Source: Longimicrobiales bacterium
Lineage (GTDB): Bacteria; Gemmatimonadota; Gemmatimonadetes; Longimicrobiales; Gaopeijiaceae
Reading direction: 5' to 3'
Assembly: GCA_965248195.1 (NCBI GenBank)
Contig: CBDFIQ010000001.1
Location: forward strand, 224,001 to 288,000
DNA length: 64,000 bases
Shown here: in pieces, positions 37,727 through 47,289 of the stretch
How the letters are laid out: every line of letters starts with the position of its first letter
Numbering within the stretch: position 1 is the first letter of the stretch
Notes under the pieces: model-generated
Databases searched by the model: none
Told to the model about the DNA's origin: nothing
The model's input: the letters and a program-made list of their open reading frames with translations, nothing else
Position numbers and translations under genes: made by a program

Positions 37727-40312
37727 ATGTCCTGTTCATCCATCCGGCGGGCTGCCGCCAGGCTCGGCCGGCTCGCACCGGTCTCGGCTCTCAGTGTGGC
37801 GGCCTCTGCCGGCTTCGCACCCTCGGCCGTGGCACAGGAGAGCCCACTGCCCAGCATCGAAAACAAGACCCAGAACGCCGATCGCATGGAGGGGTTCTTC
37901 ACCCTCTACTGGGAGGATTCCAGCGGGTCTCTGTACTGGGAGATCGACGAGCTGGGTACCGAGTTCCTCTATCAGATCTCCATGGGGTCGGGACTTGGAA
38001 GCAATCCGGTCGGCATCGACAGGGGTCAGCTAAGGGGCACACACGTTCTGGAGCCGAGGCGCATCGGTCCCCGCGTACTCCTCATCGAGCCCAACTACCG
38101 GTTCCGCGCGCGCAGCGACAACCCGACGGAAGCTCAAGCGGTGCGAGATGCCTTCGCACCCTCGGTGCACTGGGGTTTCGACATCGTGGCCGAGACCGGG
38201 GACCGGGTTCTGGTGGATGCGACGGAGTTCTTCCTTCGTGACGCCCGTGGCGTCGTGGAGCAGATCGCGCAGCGGAACCAGGGTCGCTTTGAGCTCGATC
38301 CGTCCCGGAGCGCGCTCCACTTGCCCGCGACTCGATCTTTCCCGGAGAATACCGAGGTCGAGGCCATTCTCACCTTCACGAGCGCCGAGCCCGGTGGGTT
38401 GGTCCGGGGCGTAGCCGCGACCGGCGGAGCCATAACACTGCGGCAGCACCACTCCTTCATCCGGCTACCCGATGACGGCTACCGCACCCGCACCGCGGAC
38501 CCGAGGGTAGGGGTGAACGGTCCCACGGTGTACGACTACTCTACCGCCATCGACGAGGACACGCGCCTCAGATGGGCGGCGCGCCATCGCTTGGAGAAGC
38601 GCAATCCCGGGCCCGGGCCGTCCGAGCCCCTCGAGCCCATCGTCTACTACGTGGATCCGGGCACACCGGAGCCGATTCGCAGCGCGTTGATCGAAGGAGC
38701 GAGCTGGTGGAACGAGGCCTTCGAGGCCGCGGGATTCATCGACGCCTTCCAGGTCGAGGTGCTGCCCGTAGGCGTGGACCCGCAGGACATCCGCTACAAC
38801 ATGATCCACTGGACCCACCGCCGAACGCGTGGCTACTCCTACGGGAACACCGTGGCGGACCCGCGCACGGGTGAGATCGTGCGTGGGGTGGTGAACCTCG
38901 GGAGCCTTCGGCTCAGGCAGGACTACCTCCACGGCCAGGGTATGGTGGCCCCCTTCCCCGGAGGAATCTCCTCAGTGGATGGTGGCGGGTACTTCGATTT
39001 CGCTGTGGCCCGGGACGGACTAGGCGCCTACTACGAGACGGGCGATTTGGCAGGGGCGCCGAATTTCGAGTACCTGGCTCAGGTGGTGGACGAATCGGAG
39101 GCGGTAGAGATGGCACTGGCGCGAGTTCGTCAGCTCTCGGCCCACGAGGTCGGCCATACGCTCGGATTCCCTCACAACTATATTGCGAGCGCTTACGGAC
39201 GGGAGAGCGTGATGGACTATCCCGCGCCGCTAGTCGAGATCGATGAGGATGGCAACCTCGATCTGTCCAACGCCTACGTGCAGCGGATCGGAGAGTACGA
39301 CAAGCTCTCCGTGAACTGGCTCTATCGTGAATTCCCGACCGGCACGGATGAAGTCAATTCGTTGGCCCTGATCGCTCAGCGGGGGGTCGAGGAGGGCCTC
39401 ATCTACATGGGGCACACGAACAACAACTTCATCGGGGCAGGTCACCAGTATGCCGGCGTCTGGGACAACGGCGTCAACCTCGTCGACCACCTCAAGCTCG
39501 AGATCCGGGTGCGCGAGATCGGGCTCGAACGCTTCGGAGTCAATGCGATTCGGACGGGCGAGCCACTTTCCAATCTGGAGTACGTGCTGCTCCCTCTGTA
39601 CATGCATCACCGCTTTCAGCTCCGCTCGGCGGCCCAGAGCCTCGGGGGTGCAGACTACCGGAACGCGGTGAAGGGAGACGGCCAGACCCCCTTCACGATC
39701 GTTCCCGGCGAGGAGCAGCGCGACGCCCTAGAGACCATCCTGTCCACCCTTACGGTCGACTTCCTGGCGCTCCCGGAGGACATCGTGTCCTTGATCCCGC
39801 CACCGGCCTACCGGTATGGTGAAGGCGAGGCCTTCCCTGGTCATACCGAGCTTCTGTTCGATCCTCTGGGAGCCGCTGAAGCCGCGGCCAACTTCTCCGT
39901 CGGGGAAATCCTCCACCCGCAGCGCATGGCCAGGCTGGTGGTCTTCGGGAGCATGGGGGACTACCCCGACCTGGAGGAGGTCACCGATCGGCTGATCGAG
40001 GCTACGTGGAACTCGCCCCAGGCGGCGGACGAGTACCGGCAGCGCGTCATCCATGGCGTTCAGCGCTCGGTGGCCGATCGCATGATGCAAGAGGCGAGCA
40101 GTGCCGGTAACCCTGCCGAGGTCCGTGCGGTTCTGTCCGATCGTCTCGATAGGCTCGCCGCGGGCATCGAGAGCACGTCGGCGCCGTCACCGCACCAGCG
40201 GCTCGTGGCCGCGGACATTCGCCGCTGGCAGGCGCGCATCGAGAACACCGTGCCCGGACCGCAGCTGCAGATGCTCGCCGGCGATCCGATCGGAGGAAGC
40301 AACCGGAACTGA
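37727..40312 (+). CDS. Exported zinc-dependent metalloprotease (DUF5117/DUF4953-type)
   Basis: HEVGHTLGFPHN metzincin motif with SVMDY Met-turn. Confidence 0.92.
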   Translation: MSCSSIRRAAARLGRLAPVSALSVAASAGFAPSAVAQESPLPSIENKTQNADRMEGFFTLYWEDSSGSLYWEIDELGTEFLYQISMGSGLGSNPVGIDRGQLRGTHVLEPRRIGPRVLLIEPNYRFRARSDNPTEAQAVRDAFAPSVHWGFDIVAETGDRVLVDATEFFLRDARGVVEQIAQRNQGRFELDPSRSALHLPATRSFPENTEVEAILTFTSAEPGGLVRGVAATGGAITLRQHHSFIRLPDDGYRTRTADPRVGVNGPTVYDYSTAIDEDTRLRWAARHRLEKRNPGPGPSEPLEPIVYYVDPGTPEPIRSALIEGASWWNEAFEAAGFIDAFQVEVLPVGVDPQDIRYNMIHWTHRRTRGYSYGNTVADPRTGEIVRGVVNLGSLRLRQDYLHGQGMVAPFPGGISSVDGGGYFDFAVARDGLGAYYETGDLAGAPNFEYLAQVVDESEAVEMALARVRQLSAHEVGHTLGFPHNYIASAYGRESVMDYPAPLVEIDEDGNLDLSNAYVQRIGEYDKLSVNWLYREFPTGTDEVNSLALIAQRGVEEGLIYMGHTNNNFIGAGHQYAGVWDNGVNLVDHLKLEIRVREIGLERFGVNAIRTGEPLSNLEYVLLPLYMHHRFQLRSAAQSLGGADYRNAVKGDGQTPFTIVPGEEQRDALETILSTLTVDFLALPEDIVSLIPPPAYRYGEGEAFPGHTELLFDPLGAAEAAANFSVGEILHPQRMARLVVFGSMGDYPDLEEVTDRLIEATWNSPQAADEYRQRVIHGVQRSVADRMMQEASSAGNPAEVRAVLSDRLDRLAAGIESTSAPSPHQRLVAADIRRWQARIENTVPGPQLQMLAGDPIGGSNRN

Positions 40313-40439
40313 GATGGGCGGTGTGCGTGGCCGGGTGGGCGGCCTCTCCAGACCGTGGCGATCGGTTCCGCCGCGGCACATGGAGGAGCCGTCCCTTTGG
40401 GGTCGAGAGAAGCTGCCCATTTGGGTCGAAAAGTTCGGG

Positions 40440-41577
40440 TCAGATCCTCAGAAAGGTCTTCTTCCGGTACAAGAAGTACAGGAAGGCCCACTCGACAAGG
40501 ACGAAGCCGATCCACCACAGCACGCGCTGGGCCGGCTCGCCGAACGATGACAGCAAGCCCTCGAAGAAGAAGTTCGTGGTGTAGGCGATGTCGATGAAGC
40601 CGCCGGCCATGTAGATAAGAATCGAGTTCATGCCGATGACCACGAAGAAGAACGCCCACCTGGTGTATCCCCATACGTCGATCACCAGGTAAAACAGGGC
40701 GAGCAACAGCAGGCTCCAACCACCGGCGAAGAGAACGAACGAGCTAGACCACAGGTTCTTGTTGATCGGAAAGGCGAAGCCCCAGAGATAGCCGAGCACC
40801 AGGCCGGCGACACCGGCTCCGGCGAGCAGGAGGGCTTTACGCTGGCGCGTCACCCCGGGGAGGTCGCGGCGCAACAAGCGTGCCGGCGAACACACCGAGC
40901 AGCGCGGTAGAGATGGCCGGTATCGTGGACAGCAGCCCCTCGGGGTCGTGCACACCGAGGTACAACCTGCCGGGCAACAGCATCCGGTCGACGTAGCCGG
41001 CCAAACTGCCGTCGAGGGTCAGTTGCCCCGCCCCGAAGCCGGGAACAGGAACCAGCTTCATCGCCGCCCAGTAGCCCACCAGCAGGCCGACGAACCACAT
41101 CACCTGGCCGCGCAACTTGGTGTTCACCACGATCAGCCCAGCGAACACGTAGGCGAGTCCGATGCGACCCAGCACGCTGGCGAAACGCGTCTCGGCGAAG
41201 CTCACCCGGAACAGGCCGTTGTTGTAGATGATGCCGAGAACCACCAGGATGAGGCCGCGCCGCACGACGTGCAGCATGAGCTTCTTCTTGTCCTCGCCCC
41301 GCTCCACGCGCCGCGTCAATGAGAACGGCATCGCCACCCCGGCGATGAACAGGAACAGCGGGAAGATCATGTCATAGAAGACGAATCCGTCCCACTCGAC
41401 GTGCACCAACTGGGTCGAGGCCCAGATCGCCACCGCCCAACCGGTGAGGTCGGCAAGCGAATGGACGATCCCTTCGCCGCCGACGATCCAGAACATGTCG
41501 AAGCCGCGCAGTGCGTCCAGCGACACGAGGCGGCGAGAAGGCGCCGAGGGTGGCGATGGCGGAAATTGATCGGACAG
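40440..41577 (-). pseudogene. Heparan-alpha-glucosaminide N-acetyltransferase-like membrane protein with one frameshift
   Basis: SLDALRGFD, HVEWDG, DMIFPLFLF, DPEGLLS, PINKNLWSSS, IGMNSI; +1 nt near 40875; probable CTG start at 41577. Confidence 0.85.
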
Positions 41578-41637
41578 GGGCGCACTCCGGGCTCAGACCG
41601 AGGTCAACATCCGAGAGCGAGCCGGTACGCGCAAGCA
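41569..41637 (-). promoter_or_regulatory. Promoter/leader module A, copy 4
   Basis: TTGCGC-N17-GATGTT GACCTCGGTCTGAGCCCGGAG TGCGCCC CTG TCC GAT. Confidence 0.78.
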
Positions 41638-41712
41638 GTCTCTTTGTCCTCCCTGGGAACCCGCCGAGGGCCGAGGTTACACGACCCCTGGCGACGGTTT
41701 GAGCTCTAGCGG

Positions 41713-42040
41713 TCAGGGAATGGGAGCTACAGGAACAGGTGTGAGTTCGTTGGTCATGGAGCCGTTGCCCAGTTGCCCATTCCCCCCCTCTCCCCAGCAG
41801 AACCCAGCGCCGCTGGTTGTCACACCGCAAGCATGCAGGTCTCCCGTACTGATCGACGGCCGTCGCGTCCGGGTCGATGGTTACACTCGGAGGGTCGACG
41901 GTCACCGAGGCCACTTGTAACGAAGCGACCGTCGAGGACTCGCACCCCCCGTGTAAAACGAGGGCGGCCGCTCCGATTAGCCAGATGATTCCCGGAAACC
42001 GACGGTGGACCTCTCGAACGAAGCGCTTGGCGGTCGTCAC
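41713..42040 (-). pseudogene. Collapsed remnant of an Ig-like/RCC1-repeat lipoprotein
   Basis: Lipoprotein-like signal (LHGGC) and VASVTVDP start, then in another frame one RCC1 repeat: ISTGDLHACGVTTSGAGFCWGEGGNGQLGNG...TPVPV. Confidence 0.72.
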
Positions 42041-42072
42041 AAGGCCGGATCCAACGGTTGCTCAGTCTGGAA

Positions 42073-44238
42073 TCACGGCAGCGCCAGCGCCACCAGCGAG
42101 CCCGGAAAGTCCGTCCGGAAGCTACCGATCTGCACCACGATGTACTGCTTGCCTTCGTGCATATAGGTCATCATCCCGTACTGGCCGGGGGCCGGAAGCG
42201 GGACGCTCCCCAGGATCTCGCCCGTCCGCTTGTCGCGGGCGTGGAGCTCCAGTAGGGCGTCGGGGTCATACTGCGCTTCGCCTTGACTGAGCGACCTGGT
42301 CTGGACCAAGAGATCACCCGCGACCATCTGGATCGACCAACCGATTCCTCCAGTATTGGGAACCTCCACACCCGCCAGAAGAGGGTGGTTTCTGATCCGC
42401 TCGGGAGTCTCACCGACCGGCAACGACCAGATCCGCCTGCCCGTGTTCATCTGGAAGGCAGTGAGCTGGTTGTCCATGGGCTTGTAGAGCCGCAGGCCCT
42501 CGATTGTCGGCAGCCCCCCACCGCTGCCGGGTAACCACGCTGCCACCGTGGTGCCCGTGGTTGGAGTATAGTTGGGGGTAGCACCGCCGTCGGCGTTAGG
42601 CACGGCAAACTCCTGGTGGTCCAGGTCCTCTCCGCCCGTGGGCTCCATGAACCCCGGGGCGTTGCAGCCCCGTCTGTGCGACGTGTACATCATTCCCGTG
42701 CTGGGATCCGCGACCGGGGGATGGGGAATGACGTTCCCCCCCCCGATGCAGCCGACGTTGTTGACGAAGTCGTTGTCGTGCCCGAAGGGAAGCGGCGGCA
42801 CGTAGAGACCCCCGATCTGGTACTGACTCAGCATGATCTGCGCCTGCGCATTCAGATCCGGTGTGTAGTCGATGACGAACTCTTCGGTCAGCCCGCTCAA
42901 TACGATGGGGTCGACCGGTTCCGGCAGCGTCGGGTAGGGCTGCGTGGCCGCCGTGTAGTTGCCGGGGACCTGCGTCTGGATGACCGGGCGCTCCTCGATG
43001 GGCCAGATGGGCTCACCGGTCTCCCGGTTGAACGCGAAGACAAGGCCCTGCTTCGTGTTCTGGATCACCGCAGGAATCTGCTGTCCGTCCACCGTGAGAT
43101 CCATCAGAATGGGCGCCGCGGGAAGGTCGTAGTTCCACTGGTCGCTGTGGTGGATCTGGAAGTGCCACCTCCGCTCGCCCGTCTGGACGTCCAAAGCGAG
43201 AAGGCTGCCGCCGAAGAGGTTGTGGCCCGGCCGATGACCCGCGTACGACTGGACCGTCGAGGCGTTCGTCACGAGGTACACGAGCCCCAGCTCCGGGTCG
43301 GCGGACGCGGGAGCCCACGACGACAGGTCCCCCGACCACTGCCAGGCGTCGTTCTCCCACGTCTCGTGGCCGAACTCGCCGGGCCGCGGGATGACGTGGA
43401 ACTTCCAGAGGAACTCTCCCGTTCTGGCGTCGAACCCCATGATGTCACCGGGGACGTTCTCGATCCGGGTCTGGCCGTAGCTGGCCTGGTGACCCACGAG
43501 CACCACAACCACGCCGTTCACCACGATCGGTGGTGACGAGCTGGTGACCATACCGAGCTCCCTCGGGATCCCGTAATCAGCTTCGTAGGGTCCTTCATCC
43601 CAGCGCTCCCACGGGCCCCAGCCCTCAAGCAGCTGCGGGACCAGATCGACGACCCCCGTCTGTTCGAAATCATCGAGCGGTACGGGCGCACCCCAGCCCT
43701 CCAGGGGCCGGCCCGTCTTGGCGTCGAGCGCCCAAAGGAAGAAAGCGGGCGACGTGATATAGATCACTCCGCGCCCGTCCACCTCGCCGTAGGCGACCCC
43801 TTTCCCATAGGACCGCCTCGGAGAGCGCAGGTACCTGACGGTCTCGGGCTCGCGAAAGACCCAGAGCGTCTCGCCCGTGGCGGGGTCGATCGCCACCACC
43901 TGCCGGCGCGGAGTGGCCACCGTGTAGAGTATCCCGTCGACGTAGATCGGGGTGGACCGGGAAAAGTAGTCGACGTTGGGGCCGAAGTTGTCGCCCCTCC
44001 AAATCCACTGCGTCTCGAGGTCCTCGAAGTTGCCGGCGTTGATTTGGTTCAGGGGCGAGGAGCGCGTGTGCCCGGCATCACCGCCCAGATAACGCCACTC
44101 GCCGTTCTCGGTCCCTGGCAGGCGCTGAGCGAAGGCGGTCGCTGCCGTCGTCATCAAGAGCGCGGAGGCGAGGCCGAGGCAAAACACGAGAGTCCGCGTT
44201 CCAAAGGGTCGAAGCTCAAGTTTCATCATCTTCGTCAT
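42073..44238 (-). CDS. PQQ-binding beta-propeller dehydrogenase, paralogue 2
   Basis: Same motifs and long identical stretches with 31831-33999. Confidence 0.9.
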   Translation of the reverse strand: MTKMMKLELRPFGTRTLVFCLGLASALLMTTAATAFAQRLPGTENGEWRYLGGDAGHTRSSPLNQINAGNFEDLETQWIWRGDNFGPNVDYFSRSTPIYVDGILYTVATPRRQVVAIDPATGETLWVFREPETVRYLRSPRRSYGKGVAYGEVDGRGVIYITSPAFFLWALDAKTGRPLEGWGAPVPLDDFEQTGVVDLVPQLLEGWGPWERWDEGPYEADYGIPRELGMVTSSSPPIVVNGVVVVLVGHQASYGQTRIENVPGDIMGFDARTGEFLWKFHVIPRPGEFGHETWENDAWQWSGDLSSWAPASADPELGLVYLVTNASTVQSYAGHRPGHNLFGGSLLALDVQTGERRWHFQIHHSDQWNYDLPAAPILMDLTVDGQQIPAVIQNTKQGLVFAFNRETGEPIWPIEERPVIQTQVPGNYTAATQPYPTLPEPVDPIVLSGLTEEFVIDYTPDLNAQAQIMLSQYQIGGLYVPPLPFGHDNDFVNNVGCIGGGNVIPHPPVADPSTGMMYTSHRRGCNAPGFMEPTGGEDLDHQEFAVPNADGGATPNYTPTTGTTVAAWLPGSGGGLPTIEGLRLYKPMDNQLTAFQMNTGRRIWSLPVGETPERIRNHPLLAGVEVPNTGGIGWSIQMVAGDLLVQTRSLSQGEAQYDPDALLELHARDKRTGEILGSVPLPAPGQYGMMTYMHEGKQYIVVQIGSFRTDFPGSLVALALP

Positions 44239-44427
44239 TTCTCGTTCCTCGCCTTGATGGATCGGGCAGGAGCGCCTCAAAGCCACGGGAGCGTGGCTGT
44301 CATGATACGACATCGCGGGCCTTCGCGCACAAGGTGATGGGCTTGTGCGGTAGTTGAGAAAGCGGCTTCCGACTAGAGGGGCGGGCGAAAGAATACGTGA
44401 AGATCCATGGGGTCTGGCAAGATCATC

Positions 44428-44502
44428 TGATGTTCGCCAAGATAGCGAACGAGCACGCACCACAATGATGTTCGCCAAGGTAGCGAACCAGCACATTCCA
44501 CA
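44428..44502. repeat. Two tandem 37-bp units (period 38), each with GTTCGC-N7-GCGAAC palindrome
   Basis: TGATGTTCGCCAAGATAGCGAACGAGCAC / TGATGTTCGCCAAGGTAGCGAACCAGCAC. Confidence 0.85.
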
Positions 44503-44543
44503 GTTCTTGTTGAATGCTCCGTAGTTGGCATGAAGGTCCAACC

Positions 44544-45881
44544 ATGTTAGTCAGATCCGTTCTCCTACTCCTACTCCTGATACCCGCTCCCCTTGAAGGA
44601 CAGGGGACGAATATCCAGGCGTTCTTCGACCTCCTTCGCGCGGATCCCGAGCAGGCTGAGGTCGCAGAGCAAGCGATTCTGGACGGGTGGGACGATTCCC
44701 ATGCCGCCATGCTCGTCGAGCTCCACCGCTTCGCCCAGAGGAGCGATCGGCTTCGCCTCTCGGCGTTGCTGGAGCGCGCCACCGGACAGTCCTTCCGGCA
44801 AGACATGGATCGGTGGTGGGATTGGATTTGGGCAACGAATCCCGGTACACATCCCGACTACTCGATGTTCAAGGCGCTGCTGTACGGGCTTACCGACCCG
44901 AGCTTCCGCGACTACTTCGACGACGGCCTCGCGGCGAAAATCCGTCTCGATGAAATCCGGTGGGGAGGCGTGGTGCGCGACGGGATTCCACCGCTTGACC
45001 TGCCTGGCCTCACCAACGCCCGTCGGGCCCGGTACTTGGACGATGACAACATCGTGTTCGGCATTGCAATCAACGGGGATGAACGTGCATACCCCAAGCG
45101 CATCCTGGCCTGGCATGAGATGTTCAAGGACACCATCGGTGGCGAGCACTTCACGGGCGTGTACTGCACCCTGTGCGGTTCGATGATCCTCTACCGATCG
45201 ACGATTGACGGGGAACACCACGAACTCGGCACCAGCGGATTCCTCTACCGTTCCAACAAGTTGATGTACGACCATGCCACTCGGTCGCTTTGGTCCACAC
45301 TGTCCGGGGGGCCAGTCGTGGGCCCTCTCGCGCAGCGGGACATCGAGTTGGAGCCTCTCTTCGTCGTCACCACGACATGGGGGGAGTGGCGGCGGCGCCA
45401 TCCACGCACGAAGGTGCTGTCGATCGATACCGGGTATGAGCGTGACTACAGCGAGGGGGCGGCGTACCGCGACTACTTCAGTACCGACGAGCTCATGTTC
45501 ACCGTGCCCGAATTAGACACCCGGCTCAAGAACAAGGACGAGGTTCTCGCGCTGCGGTTCCCCGAAGTTCCTACGGAGCAGCTGGCCATCGCAGTCGAAT
45601 TCCTTGCAGGCCAGACCGTGTATCACGATTCGCTCGGCGCCGTTGATTTCATCGTGTTGACCGACCAGAGCGGTGCGAGCCGCGTGTACGAAACGCGTGG
45701 CCGGCGGTTTTCCCGTTGGGACGGTCAAGACGGAGTCCGGGACGAATCAGGCGAGTATTGGACGCTGACCGAAGCGGCCCTCACCAGCCCCGATCAGACA
45801 TCCTTACGACGGTTACCCTCGCACCGTGCGTTCTGGTTCGGATGGTACGCACAGTATCCTGAAACGCGCCTCGTCCGCTGA
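44544..45881 (+). CDS. DUF3179-domain exported protein
   Basis: WGGVVRDGIPPL, RAYP..IL.WHE, YCTLCGS, GTSGFLYRSNKLMYD, FWFGW. Confidence 0.9.
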   Translation: MLVRSVLLLLLLIPAPLEGQGTNIQAFFDLLRADPEQAEVAEQAILDGWDDSHAAMLVELHRFAQRSDRLRLSALLERATGQSFRQDMDRWWDWIWATNPGTHPDYSMFKALLYGLTDPSFRDYFDDGLAAKIRLDEIRWGGVVRDGIPPLDLPGLTNARRARYLDDDNIVFGIAINGDERAYPKRILAWHEMFKDTIGGEHFTGVYCTLCGSMILYRSTIDGEHHELGTSGFLYRSNKLMYDHATRSLWSTLSGGPVVGPLAQRDIELEPLFVVTTTWGEWRRRHPRTKVLSIDTGYERDYSEGAAYRDYFSTDELMFTVPELDTRLKNKDEVLALRFPEVPTEQLAIAVEFLAGQTVYHDSLGAVDFIVLTDQSGASRVYETRGRRFSRWDGQDGVRDESGEYWTLTEAALTSPDQTSLRRLPSHRAFWFGWYAQYPETRLVR

Positions 45882-46156
45882 AGCGCGGACCCTCTGGACG
45901 GAGGCACGCCCTTAGGGACGGTGAAAGACGCCTCTGCCAGGCCACGGACTGAAGCCCTCGCTCCACGGGGAAACGTCACTTGTTCAAAGAACTCACCGAG
46001 ATCAAGTTTCTTGGGGAAGTAGTGTTCATGGGGACAAGCTTTGGTGCAGGACCATCCTATCAACGATGGCTCCGACGTGCTCGACGTATTAAGCGATATC
46101 GTTTGCGCAAACGGCTCCTTGGCAGCGCCAAGGGCGTTGCGACACCGGACGGGCCG

Positions 46157-47248
46157 ATGAGGGTCTTGACGGCCTCCGCAGTGAGGCACGTCGCGGGTCG
46201 GCTTCCCCGACGCCTCACTCTGGCCTTTCTCGTCGCCAGCCTCACTCCCGCTGGCTGTACTCGGTACGTGGAGGTCGACAGCGACCTGGGGCCGCAGGCT
46301 TACTACCGGACGGGGTTTCCAGTCCGCGACGTATCAGAGGTGCTGGAGCACGTCACGGCCTCGGTCGTGCAGATCCTCGTACAGCGCTCGTACGAGACCT
46401 ATCTGTTCGCTGAGGACAACGCTCCTACGACGGTCCACCTCCAAAGCCCGGGAAGCGATGTTCGCGTTCTTGCCGTGGACACCGTCTCGTCACGCGAAAC
46501 CACGGCGTCGACGGGAGTCGTGATTGCTTCAATACCGAGGAAGCTCACAATCCTCACCACTGATCACGCAACTCACTTCCCTGATACGATTGTCCACTAC
46601 TTCGGAGCCGAAGGGAGGGGCGCGGGTCTGGAGCTGGACCAGCGAGCCATCGAGCGCATCTCGATCAAAACTCAGCAGGCGAATACGGTCAGCGGCCAGC
46701 GGTATCTCGACCCCTTTGAGATCCTGGCCCGGAACCAGGCCGAAGACCTAGCCCTGATCGGCGTGACGTTCACCTACGAAGTCGGATCCAGGGATCGTCC
46801 TCCCTCCAGGCTGGCCGCCGGGGATCCGCGCAGGCTGTCCTTGGGATCCCTCGTGTTCGCTATCGGCCATCCCGCCGGCTTCCAGATGGTGACTCATGGG
46901 ATCGTGAGCAACCGAGGCCCGAACGCATCGTTCCTAATCGACGGGCTCTGGAACGAAGGGATGAGCGGCGCTCCGATCCTGGCCGTACGGGGGGAGGGAG
47001 GCGGGGTGGAGTGGGTCGGTATCGCACGGGCCGCATCGGCTCGCACAGAGTTCCGGTTGCTGCCAGAAGAACGGGCGGAGCGGACCCAGGACCCACGACG
47101 ACCCTACGAAGGTCCCATCTACCTCCAGCCAGTCCAGGAGATCAGGTACGGTATCACCTTCTCGGTCCCCATGACCGTGATCCGCCGGTTCCTCGACGAG
47201 CACCAGTCTCTGATGAGGGACCGAGGATATCCGCTTCCCTCCTTCTAA
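46157..47248 (+). CDS. Trypsin-like serine protease domain lipoprotein (start uncertain)
   Basis: LTTDHA, EDLALI, NEGMSGAP catalytic-triad motifs; lipobox PAGC. Confidence 0.75.
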   Translation: MRVLTASAVRHVAGRLPRRLTLAFLVASLTPAGCTRYVEVDSDLGPQAYYRTGFPVRDVSEVLEHVTASVVQILVQRSYETYLFAEDNAPTTVHLQSPGSDVRVLAVDTVSSRETTASTGVVIASIPRKLTILTTDHATHFPDTIVHYFGAEGRGAGLELDQRAIERISIKTQQANTVSGQRYLDPFEILARNQAEDLALIGVTFTYEVGSRDRPPSRLAAGDPRRLSLGSLVFAIGHPAGFQMVTHGIVSNRGPNASFLIDGLWNEGMSGAPILAVRGEGGGVEWVGIARAASARTEFRLLPEERAERTQDPRRPYEGPIYLQPVQEIRYGITFSVPMTVIRRFLDEHQSLMRDRGYPLPSF

Positions 47249-47289
47249 TCGGCCTTTGTCCAAGAGCGCCAAAACACGGTGTCAGCTGC

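Noticed and set aside
44428..44502. Mini CRISPR array
   Set aside because: Only two units with a ~9-nt linker, no spacer-length unique sequence and no cas genes
44544..45881. Selenoprotein recoding in DUF3179 or in the AhpD-like gene
   Set aside because: Both CxxC motifs are encoded by Cys codons; no in-frame TGA at a catalytic position
45882..46156. Long N-terminal extension of the protease (from 45980) or a separate ORF in this more AT-rich stretch
   Set aside because: No recognisable motif in any frame; the lipobox favours a later start
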